DNA of 64,000 nucleotides from the NCBI RefSeq assembly GCF_001194135.2, contig NC_068990.1, positions 60,314,287-60,378,286 on the forward strand, in the 5' to 3' direction. The notes below the pieces were generated by a model. It saw only the letters and a list, made by a program, of their open reading frames with translations. It did not search any database and was not told the origin of the DNA. This document shows positions 25,740 to 36,516 of the stretch, piece by piece. This stretch comes from Octopus bimaculoides (Eukaryota). The position numbers and the translations under genes are program-made. Position 1 is the first letter of the stretch; the number at the start of each line of letters is the position of its first letter.

Positions 25740-26620
25740 TATTCATATATTGGTACAAATTGTCATCAACTGTGCAAACAACATTAAATATGTAAACAAA
25801 CGAGTTAAATATGTAAACAACAAGAGACAAAAATGGAAAACAGGACAAATAAACATAGAGAAAGGACCCTTCATCAGTTGTCGGCTGTCTATCAACACCT
25901 CATTTCAAGCATTTGATGACAATATATGACTTCAAAGATAGTTGCTCCCATAAATTCTAAAATAAAATTTAGGATTTATGGAGGGTCAAAGTTGGGAACA
26001 AAAGCAGGACAGTGGAGACATACAAGGAAACCAAATGAAAACAAATATGGAGGGTTGTTAGACCAGAATGAGAGGAAAATAGTGAATGCCAGGAGAAATA
26101 TTTTCTTTGGAAAGAGAAAAGATAGAAGAAAGAGAAAGAAGCGTCCAGTCTTTTGGAGGTTTGTGTAGGAAAAGAAAGATGGTTGTGTGAGGAAAAGAAA
26201 GATGGATGATGGTCACGTGTGAGCAATGACAGAGAGAGACAGAAAGAAAACAGTGAAAGGGTGAGGGGGAGAAAAAAGGAATTAGAGAAAGATGGAGGAA
26301 GAAAACAGTATAGAGTAGAGTTGCATCAAAAAGGTGAAGATAAACTTACTTGGAAATGGATGCATGACATTCAGTTAAATAACATATGTGTGTGTATGTG
26401 TGTGTGTGTGTATATATATATGGATACAGGACGTCACCAACTGTGCAAAAAACATGAAGTACATAAGCAAACGAGTTAAATACTTAAACGAGAGAAAAAA
26501 AATGGAAAACAGGACAAGTAAACATGGAGGAAGGACCCTTCATTAGTTGCCAGCTGTCTATCTACTCCTCATTTTGAGCATTCAACAACAATATGAGTCT
26601 TCAAAGACAGTTGGTCCCAT
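25740..26620. mobile_element. PLE-associated repeat with a partial tandem second copy (26480-26610)
   Basis: aaatggaaaacaggacaa...ggacccttcat(c/t)agttg occurs twice; adjacent to the GIY-YIG remnant. Confidence 0.55.
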
Positions 26621-27087
26621 ATATATATATATGTCATGACCTTTCCAAGATACAAATATATATATATTGTTTTATTATATATGTGTTCAGTCCCATTGTA
26701 TGAAACCTGGCTGACCAAAGCCTTGTGCATGGATTTGATAACTAAAAGAACCCTGTCACATGTATATTTAAGAAAAGATTTTTTTTTTAACTGTTATTAA
26801 CTATTTAAAAATATAATTTAAAAAACCAGAATGTCACCAACATTTGGGCAAGAATTTTCATTAAGCGTGTATCTTGTGTATAAGTACTTGTTTTTGTTCA
26901 GCTTTTCAAACACATGTGTTCTGGGCTTGTGTGTTTGAAAAGTTGAATATTGAATGTGCTTACGCACTAAAAGAAAATTTCTTGCCCAAAGCTTAGTGAT
27001 ATTCTGTTCTTTAAATTACTTTTTAAAAATAGTTAATAATTATTTGAATTGACTGTATCTAGTACTTTTTACAAAAACTTTTAAATA

Positions 27088-27520
27088 TAGGTGCAGGAGT
27101 GGCTGTGTGGTGGGTAGCTTGCTTACCAACCACATGATTCCGGGTTCAGTCCCACTGCATGGCACCTTGGGCAAGTGTCTTCTGCTATGGCTTTGGGCTG
27201 ACCAAGACCTTGTGAGTGGATTTGGTAGACGGAAACTGAAAGAAGCCCGTCGTATATATGTGTGTATATGTATATGTATGTTTGTGTGTCTGTGTTTGTC
27301 CCCCTGGCATTGCTTGACAGCCGGTGCTGGTGTGTTTGATGTCCCCGTCACTTGTCGGTTCAGCAAGGGAGACCAATGGAGTGGGTACTGGGCTTGCAGG
27401 GAGTGAGTCCTGGGGTCAATTTGCTCGAGTAAAGGCGGTGCTCCAGCATGGCCACAGTCAAATGATCAGTCATTTGACTGTGGCCATGCTGGAGCACAGT
27501 AAAAGAGAGAGTAAAAGAGA
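27088..27520 (+). mobile_element. CORE-type SINE with a foldback in its tail
   Basis: Full head, core and tail. Confidence 0.9.
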
Positions 27521-27574
27521 GTATATGAGGGGATGCTGAGGGGAGCACAGTAAAAGAGAGAGTAAAAGAGAGTA

Positions 27575-27792
27575 TATGAGGGGATGCTGAAAAGTTCCTG
27601 GATTTAAGGATATTCTGAAAGGCTTCGCTTTATACAGTCTCTGTTGAGATAAAGTTCTTTTACAGGGATTAGAAAAACTGAAGGACCACTTCAATAAGTG
27701 TTTGTATCTGGGAAGGGAATATAGTTGAATAAAATCATAATTAAGTCACCCTCCTGCATTTTCTTTTACCAGGAACTTTTTAGCACCCCTTA
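27575..27792. mobile_element. Mariner-type MITE
   Basis: TA-tgaggggatgctgaaaagttcctgg ... ccaggaactttttagcacccct-TA. Confidence 0.7.
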
Positions 27793-27810
27793 ATTAAGAT
27801 ATTGTGTGTA

Positions 27811-27887
<77 letters not shown>

Positions 27888-27904
27888 GTATATATATGTA
27901 TGTA

Positions 27905-28130
27905 TATATTCTTTTATTTGTTTCAGTCATTTGACTGCAGCCATGCTGGAGCACCGCCTTTAGTCAAACAAATCGACCCCAGGTCTTATGCTTTGTAAGT
28001 CTAGTACTTATTCTATCAGTCTCTTTTGCCAAACCACTATATTATGGTTATGTAAACACACCAACATCGGTTGTCAGGCAATGGTGGGGAGACAAACAGA
28101 CACACAAACATATACATATATATATACACA
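27905..28130 (-). mobile_element. CORE-type SINE, 3' half
   Basis: Identity to 6725-6950. Confidence 0.85.
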
Positions 28131-28139
28131 CACACACAT

Positions 28140-28174
<35 letters not shown>

Positions 28175-28295
28175 TATACATACATATACATATTCATATA
28201 TATATAGGGAGAATTCACAAAAAAACAACAGATGAAGACAGGTAGTGTAGAAAACAAATAGATGTATTAGTATAACATTCGTGAATTGAAAAAAT

Positions 28296-28331
28296 CTTTA
28301 ATGTTTCAAGCCTACGCTCTTCCACAGAAAG
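28296..28331 (-). ncRNA. Minimal hammerhead-like variant (degenerate)
   Basis: CUUU-CUGUGGA-A-GAGC-GUAG-GCUU-GAAA-CAUU-AAAG: 4-bp stem I and 4-bp stem II; the core deviates from CUGAnGA. Confidence 0.4.
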
Positions 28332-28423
28332 GAACACACACACATACATATATATATATTCATATTTATATATATATATATACTTTAAATATATATATAT
28401 ATATATGTGTATGTACATATGTG

Positions 28424-28454
<31 letters not shown>

Positions 28455-28654
28455 GTGTATATATATATATATACACATATATATATAATAATATTAGGGA
28501 TAAAAATCCAAATTTACAGGTAAAAACTATATATATATATATATATATATATGTTTATTTTTATGTTCAGTTATAATACAAATAATTTTCTGTTAATCTG
28601 AAGGGTTACTCCATACTTTTGTAGAGTACAAATTATTATTTAGCAAAAATAATA

Positions 28655-28705
28655 TTGACGGAGACTTAGAAGTTTCTGTCAGCTAAGACATCATCAGACT
28701 GTGAT
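28655..28705 (-). ncRNA. Type I hammerhead ribozyme core (stem I degenerate)
   Basis: CUGAUGA-UGUC-UUAGCU-GACA-GAAA-CU-UCUA-AG-UC. Confidence 0.45.
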
Positions 28706-28909
28706 GCATTTGAGCTAAGCTTGGCTTTATACAGTCTCTGTTGAGATAAAATTTTTCTGGTGTTTGTAGCGTTCATTTGAATGGTAATTAGGCTGTAGAG
28801 TGGGTTGTGATGGAGGGGTGTTGTGGAGAAATTTTTATTGATTAAATTTGGGGTTATGTTATTGTTCAGAATTTATTCATGCTTGTAGAACTTTGTAAAG
28901 AGGTGTGAA

Positions 28910-28945
<36 letters not shown>

Positions 28946-28949
28946 TATA

Positions 28950-28999
<50 letters not shown>

Positions 29000-29904
29000 N
29001 NNNNNNNNNNNNNNNNNNNNNNNNNNNNNNNNNNNNNNNNNNNNNNNNNNNNNNNNNNNNNNNNNNNNNNNNNNNNNNNNNNNNNNNNNNNNNNNNNNNN
29101 NNNNNNNNNNNNNNNNNNNNNNNNNNNNNNNNNNNNNNNNNNNNNNNNNNNNNNNNNNNNNNNNNNNNNNNNNNNNNNNNNNNNNNNNNNNNNNNNNNNN
29201 NNNNNNNNNNNNNNNNNNNNNNNNNNNNNNNNNNNNNNNNNNNNNNNNNNNNNNNNNNNNNNNNNNNNNNNNNNNNNNNNNNNNNNNNNNNNNNNNNNNN
29301 NNNNNNNNNNNNNNNNNNNNNNNNNNNNNNNNNNNNNNNNNNNNNNNNNNNNNNNNNNNNNTATATATAGTATTAATAATGATAAGGAGAACAGATTTTT
29401 CATATTCATAATTTTATATAACAGTTATTTACAGCATCTTTAATAGCTGTTAAATAAATTATGGATGTGAAAAATCTCCATTCTCCTTATTGTTAATACT
29501 ATTACTTACTTTAATTGAACATTGGGGTTGATGTAATTGAATTATTCCGTCCCCGAAATTGCTGGCTTTGTGTCAAAATTCGAAACCGATATTTCAATTT
29601 ATAATGTTTCTTTATATCTACATCAAACTTGCTGTTCCTACCAGGGACCGAACTCACAAACTTTCTTACAACATCCATTGTGCTAATCCACTAGAATGCA
29701 GTGCTTTATCATTGTTTCTTTACATAGTTTGTAATTAACCTGGCAAAGCTAAAACCAGTCATTATTTAGGTAGTGTTTAATGAAACATTTATTTCTTGCT
29801 CGTCAATGTAATGTTTTGAATCTGTTTATGAACAGAAGTTGGTTTCTACAGACAGACAATCATTGTGAATGAGGAGGTAGGGTGGAAGTAGTGGGAGTGG
29901 GGCT

Positions 29905-30295
29905 GGGAGAAAGAAAGAAAAGAAAGAAAAGACAGACAGACAGATAGACAGACAGACAAACAGACAGAAAGAAAGAAGGAAAGAAAGAAAGAAAGAACGA
30001 AAGAAGGAAAGAAAGAAAGAAAGAACGAAAGAAGGAAAGAAAGAGGAAGATGAACTGATAAGTGGATTAAATCAGAAAGATTGAGAAATTGACAGAAAAA
30101 TTATATTATTAATAGACTGATCGAAGGGAAATGAACGATTAATAAAGAGCAGTGGAACACAGAGCAAATGCTAGGAATGAAACTAAAGAAATATAAGGTG
30201 GGAAAGAGGAAAATCAGACAAAGAGATGAGAGAAACAACTTAAGTAGCTGACTGACTGATAAATTAATGAAGTGCACAATAGCCATATATGGAGA

Positions 30296-30349
<54 letters not shown>

Positions 30350-30560
30350 ACTGCACAGTTATTACATCCTATAAATATAGCAAGCAGCAAATTTAATTGA
30401 ATACGCACACATGTGCATATATACACGAGCATACACATGCATACACGCACATACACGTGTACACAAACACATGTACATACACATGCACATGCACACACAC
30501 ACACACGCACACATACACACACACACTCACTCACTCACACACACATACACACAGAGTTTC
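29905..30560. repeat. (GAAA)/(GACA), (GA)n and (CA)n microsatellite cluster
   Basis: Seen directly. Confidence 0.9.
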
Positions 30561-31641
30561 AGACAACTAAATCAAAGAACAAAAGACAAATTTCATTCTC
30601 ATATTTTAATGAAGATTTTTCCATTTTCTACTCCCAACTTGGACATTTTATTTCAAATGTAGTAACTAATTAATTTCAACTTTGTCTGTCTGACATTTTG
30701 CAGAATAAAAATGATCAATTTTTAATAACAACAACAATAATGTCATTGCTGTTGATGCTAATGATGATGATAATAATAAAAATGATAAAAACAATAATAA
30801 GAATAAAGATAATATAAATGGGTGCATTGTTTTGTAATTGTATGAATTTAGGACTTAATTAGAGCTAAGTGCATAAAATCAAATATTTGGGTGAGGTGTT
30901 CTGCATTATGCTTCATCAAATGATCAATCTGAAGTTTGTTGATTTCTGAAGTCAAAACCTAGGTTCAAATAGACTTTCATCAGGGTTTAATTGCTTGGAA
31001 ATAATAATTTGATTTGGAACACTACACACTTTATATAACAACCTTTCATTAATATAATCAGTAATCTCTCAGAGTCTGCTTACTTCCTTCATAAATAACA
31101 CTTATATAACAAAAATGAAGAGGACTGGATCCCCTAAATATTAGATGATGATAGGAAAGAAGAGGAAGTCTTTTCAATTTAGCAACAACTGTTATAACTT
31201 GCAATTCATAGAACGTGAGTGGTGGGGATGGTTTGCACTCAAAAACCTTTATTTTAGGAAACAGGCAAATAAAAAGATCTAGGTATATTAACATAGAGAA
31301 AAAGTTAAAATTATCAGTTGAGAATTTCCTGTAAAATAGTTTATATTTCAAGTATATTTCTCCATTTATTTGAACAGGAGTGGGCAAACTTTTCACTCCC
31401 TCTAGTTAACAACAAATGTATAAAAACCTATGCAATAACATAGGTGCTGAGAAAAAATAATGAATTGGTAATTTTACAAAATCATATGTGTGTAACTATT
31501 ATCAAATTACTGTATTGGTTTTCAGGTTTAAAAATATTTTTTCTATTTTTTTAAGAGTTTTTTTCTAGAAATTTTGTCAGCAAATAGCTTAAATTTTAGG
31601 AGTGAAACTTCATCTATGGATGAGGTGTCTGCACCTCTGAA

Positions 31642-31868
31642 TTAACCTTTTAGCATTTAAACCAGCCATATCTGACCCAAATATTCTACCTGTTTTATGT
31701 TCAAACTGGCCAAATCCAACCTCTCACACTTACCTTACACTGTCATTCTAGAAATTAACAATCACATCGTCAAAACGTAGATGCTATGTGAAAATACCTG
31801 ATTAGTTCAAAACAATGAAAGTAAATAAGTATTACACTTGGTAGATTAATATGAATGCTAAAAAGTGA
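31642..31868 (+). mobile_element. piggyBac-type MITE, family B
   Basis: ttaaccttttagcatt...aatgctaaaaag; homologous to 32324-32550. Confidence 0.65.
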
Positions 31869-32323
31869 AAGTATGAAAGATTTCATCCAAAATATTATAT
31901 ATTTTCTTCCACCAGTAACAAAAACCAAACAGACTTGTTTTTATTTCTTACAAAATGAAAAAAAAAAAAATCTGTTTTCTTATCTATTTGATTGCTGGAT
32001 TCCAATCTATGGTAAATAAATATTTTCCATGCTTCGGCTGATTTTAGTGGAGATATTTGATTTTAAAACCTTCACATCCAGTACAAAATTTCTACATAAT
32101 TGTGACAGATTTTTTTAATATTTAGTCAGAAAGATAAAGATAGTGCCCATGACCTGTTAGTTTGTTCAGGGTCTCCAAGACTAGGGGGAGGAAAGGAAAG
32201 TATAATCCCCAAATCAGAGACCTAGCCCCAAGGCTTACAACTGGCATCTGAGGACTAACTGGTGATGTTAAACCATGAAATGAATTAAGTTTACCTCATT
32301 GAAAAAACCAGAGCAAATTAAGT

Positions 32324-32550
32324 TTAACCCTTTAATATTTAAATGGCCATATCAGGCCTAAAGATTCTATCTGTCTTATATTCAAACTGGCCAGATTTGA
32401 TCACTCACATTTACCCTGCAATGTCATTGTAAGGAAAAACAAACATACCATCAATATCATAAAGCTACAAGATAATGCATGATTAATTTTTTGAAAATAT
32501 GAATAAATAAATATTACATTTGACAGAGTAATTTCAATGCAAAAAAAAAA
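32324..32550 (+). mobile_element. piggyBac-type MITE, family B (second copy)
   Basis: ttaacccttta..., shared ttcaaactggcca and tgtcatt blocks. Confidence 0.65.
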
Positions 32551-32569
32551 TAAGGAAAAATATTAAACC

Positions 32570-33000
32570 AAATTTTGGCACAAGGCCAGGTATTATAGAT
32601 AAGAGGGAATTAGTCAATTACATCAAACCCAGTATTTGTCTGATACTTACTTTATTAACCTTGAAAGGATGAAAGGTCAATAAAGAAACTCAGTGGAAAA
32701 GGAACTCAGAATGTAAAGAGCTGGAAGAATGGCTACTGAGCACCTTGTCTGACATCCTAAGGATTCTGACAATTTGTCATCTTAACTAGAACAAATAAGC
32801 ACAATATACCTCTTCTGATATTTTACTAATCCATCCAAACCTCCACACTGGACCGATACATTATTTTAGTGACCCTGAAAGATAAGAGACAAAGTTGAGG
32901 TTGGCAGGATTTGAACTCAATGCAGTAATTCAAATCAGATATTGAAAGGATTTCAGTCCTATACCTTAGAACTATGCCAATTTGCTGTCTAGCTGCAAAG
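32570..33000. mobile_element. Two degenerate Deu/Nin-type SINEs in opposite orientation (32570-32770 on -, 32860-33000 on +)
   Basis: aaaggatgaaagg..., gataagagacaaagttgaggttggcaggatttgaactc motifs; strand assignment is approximate. Confidence 0.5.
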
Positions 33001-34379
33001 TAACTCAAAGAAATACCGAAAATAGAAAAGAATTATATGGTGCTTTTTGTTTGTTATAATTTCCCTTTAGTTATGAGCTACTATGTTGTTCTTCATCTTC
33101 TTGTCTTTTGATATGGACACAACCCATTTCACAAGGTCAATAAGAATGCACAGAACCCATTTCCTCAGGCCAGTGAGAATGCATGTGTTAAGGCAAATCT
33201 TTGAAGCTGATGAGTTCTGTTAAATCAGGAACTTGAAGAGGTTCAGGAATGTTTCTACTAAAATATGGAATAAAGGAATCTGAAACAAGTGAATTTTTTA
33301 ATTCATAAAAAAAAAAAAATTTATATTTATTTATAAAATTTTTTTCTTAAACACTTGCCAAAAATCAAATATAATAGAGTATTTTATGGGTGAAATTGGG
33401 TCTAAAATTAATATAAAATATTCTATAATTATTTAGTCCAAGATCAGAACTAAATGAGTAGATTTATGATAAATGGGCATACCATCCATGACCATCTCAT
33501 CTTTTGTATGATAAGTTGTGATTTAAGAAATATTTATCTGCCATTTCTAGCAAATCAAGCAACCCCTGAGAGTTTCCTTTGTCAATTCATAAAATGTGCA
33601 ACTTTACTGCAGAGGCCTATTGTTTTAGATACATTATAGTATTCAACAGAGAACTGATCAGAAGTTAAAAGATTGAAGAAGAATCTTTCCGAATTTGTTT
33701 AAAATGGAAATAGAAACAAAGAATATTCCAGAATATCAGCAGGATTGCAACATAACTTCGAATAAGGCAAATAACACTTAAAGAAAACAAAGTGTTTTGA
33801 TTAAACTTTTGTTTTCTCTGAAAATAGAAAGTTATGCTTAGTTTGACTTTTTAGAAATATTATAGTTGTTAGCTTTGTAATATGATTTATGGAGAGGTAT
33901 TCTTAGTTATGAGAAAATGTCACAAGAACAGAAAGATTAATAGAAATAATAAGATTTGTTTTATTCCAGAATGTTAAATAACAACATTTTGTTCCTTCAA
34001 GCAGCTATCAGTCGTAATGGTTTCTCTTCAAATATGTACAGTTATAGGGTAAGGAAAAATAAGCAAAGAAAAATGAACAAGATGACGGGAAGATGTATAA
34101 ATAAAAAAAATAAAATAAATCATGAAGTAATTTTTTTTGTTTTGTTTTCTGCTATGGCAAATGTTTGACCACATACCTCAAACTTTACTAATCTTGAACC
34201 AATGTTATAGGAATCAAATTTCCCGCAAACCACACTTTACTGGCTGACAAGAAAAAGAATGTAGTTGTAGATATACAAAAATAAGAGGTCATGGTTGGGT
34301 TGCCTTTAATCCTAGCACTATTCAGTCAATGCATTAAAGTATAGCAACAACAAACCTGCCTATCTACTATGCTTCAGTA

Positions 34380-34715
34380 GTCTTGATAATTGAATTGTAA
34401 GTTTTTCTTTAGGTCTTCTCTGTAAAGTAGTTATGATTGGACATGCTGTAGGCGTAAACCTGAAGATTTTGATAACTTTAGGGTAAACATTTGTGTACTG
34501 ATGGTGCTGCAGTTCTTCATCTCATCAGGCAGTGATGCAACTCTGTAGATGTTTCAGTGCCTTCCACCATGACACCAGAGCCACCCTGGGGCCATCCACT
34601 AATGTAGATGATAAAACTCCACACAATGGTATGAGCTTTGTTAAATCAAATGCTGTCACTCAGAGTCAGATGATTCTATCATCCACATTGCTCAGCCATG
34701 CTGCACTGCTTGTCT
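34380..34715 (-). mobile_element. Possible Tc1/mariner transposase remnant
   Basis: QGGSGVMVEG resembles the Tc1 GGGSVMVWG motif; otherwise heavily decayed. Confidence 0.3.
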
Positions 34716-36208
34716 TGTCTCTTGAGTGAGATGTCTCTTGAGTGAGATGTCTCTTGAGTGAGATGTGCAGAACCAATAATCTCTGATTAACAGTATATTA
34801 TATAGCATGAGAGTAAATTAAACAACAAACTCAATATATTTCTTTTGGTCTAATTAGCTTAAACAATTTTTATAATAACTTTAAATGGTTTCAAATTTTT
34901 TGGCAAAGATCAGCAGTTTTGGAGGAGGAGGTAAAACAGTTACATCAACCTCAATATTGAAGATCTCTCTGCAATTTTCCTGATCATGAGTAGCCTCAAG
35001 TCAAACAGTGTAAGGTATTGATCTTTAAAGTTCTCCTATATGATCAGAGTACCAGATATTCATAGAAAGGTGATAAACAACTTGAATATTTTCATGTGAT
35101 CTCAATGAAGTAATTGAAATACATTAACATGCCAAAATTATTATAAGGTCTTTAAGCAAGCCTGACACACTCACTGAAACAAAGCTCTCGAAATGCTGGG
35201 TATGATGGATCACTCTTATAATTAAGGTGAAAGATTCCCTACACCCTTGGAACAATGTTGTTCCAGGGTATATCTTAATAGCAATTGTCTTGGGAATTGA
35301 TTCAGAACAAAACCTTGTAATAATGGATTATTAAACTAAGTATAATAAAATGTCTTCAAATATTGAAAATTTTATTCATCCTATCTGTAAAAAGTGAATT
35401 TATTCCTTGTTTCAATATCATAAGATCTACGAAATCCATTTACTTGAGATAGTCATCTCCTTAGAGTAGTTGTACATAAACATTTTTCACTCACAACCGA
35501 CTTTGGAGAAAATAAAATTATTTCAATATGCTTGGTGTATGAAATAAAATATTTTCATTTAAAAAAGGATTTTATATATCCTATCCTATAAAGCTACATA
35601 TAAAGTATCTACTTCTTTATTTAAAACACAAACATTGGTTTACTTGCCATAAAATACATTGGAAATACACTTTAATATTTTTCAACAGCAATTAGTCTGC
35701 ATACTGTGGAAGCACTTTGGCTATCCTTAATGTTTTCTCTTACTTAAACTACTGCTGCCTCCTGTCCTCTCTTTTACACTTTTCCAGCTATTGATATTTT
35801 ATAAAAATGATTATTCCAAGTATACCAGGCTGTAAATTAAATATTGAATGTAGAAATGAAACAAGAGCACATTTACAATCAAGTGTGGTGCCCCCTAGCA
35901 GAAAGATATTACAAGGGAGATAATCCTTTCTTCATAATATTTATTGGGATTAAGCATTTGAATTTGAAAGTAAGGATTAATGAAAATATTGCTTAGAATA
36001 CAATTTTTTTTTTTTTTTCTGTTTTTGTTGTTAACTTATTACAAAGATTTTAAAATTTCTAGTCAGTGATATTCCTGAAAATCGTTTTTGAGCATATTCT
36101 CATGTTAAAAAAGCTGTTCCTATCATAACTCAGCTATGACATCTGTAAAGCATAGTCTTATATGACACATGGCTACTGCAATGAAGTTATATCTTGTAAT
36201 GAAATGAG

Positions 36209-36437
36209 TTAACCCTTTCGTTACCAACCCGGCTGAAACCGTCTCTGGCTCTGTAGTACAAATATCTTGTTTTCATAAGTTTTGAATTAAAATATTCCAC
36301 CAAATCTTCATCATAATTTATGTTCCTAACACTAGCTTAATGATAACTGAGTTATTTTACTAAATTCTCTGTTATATTTAAAATAAATGAAAAAAACACA
36401 GAGCATCTCAAAATAAATACGGTAACAAAAGGGTTAA
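36209..36437 (+). mobile_element. piggyBac-type MITE, family A
   Basis: TTAA-CCCTTTCGTTACC ... GGTAACAAAAGGG-TTAA. Confidence 0.8.
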
Positions 36438-36516
36438 ATCACTGAATATTGCACCTTTATGAAAAAGAATACTTAAAAGACAAACATACATACATACATA
36501 CATACAATACCCCACA

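Larger units (their letters stand above)
28205..28900 (-). mobile_element. Short PLE-type terminal-repeat fragments carrying hammerhead-like cores
   Basis: Two CUG..GA-stem-GAAAC motifs on the minus strand, separated by (TA)n tracts. Confidence 0.45.

Noticed and set aside
33200-33245. CUGAUGA-GUUCUG...CAGGAAC hammerhead-like start
   Set aside because: No GAAA follows the stem.
30880-33655. Additional RGS-like fragments (SFDEA* near 30.9 kb, ORF 31058-31396, LLEMADKYFL near 33.5 kb); similarly 8250-8630, 18755-19030, 22080-22200 and 56130-56600
   Set aside because: Too short or too decayed to separate from chance by eye. They are worth including in the exonerate run but are not called.
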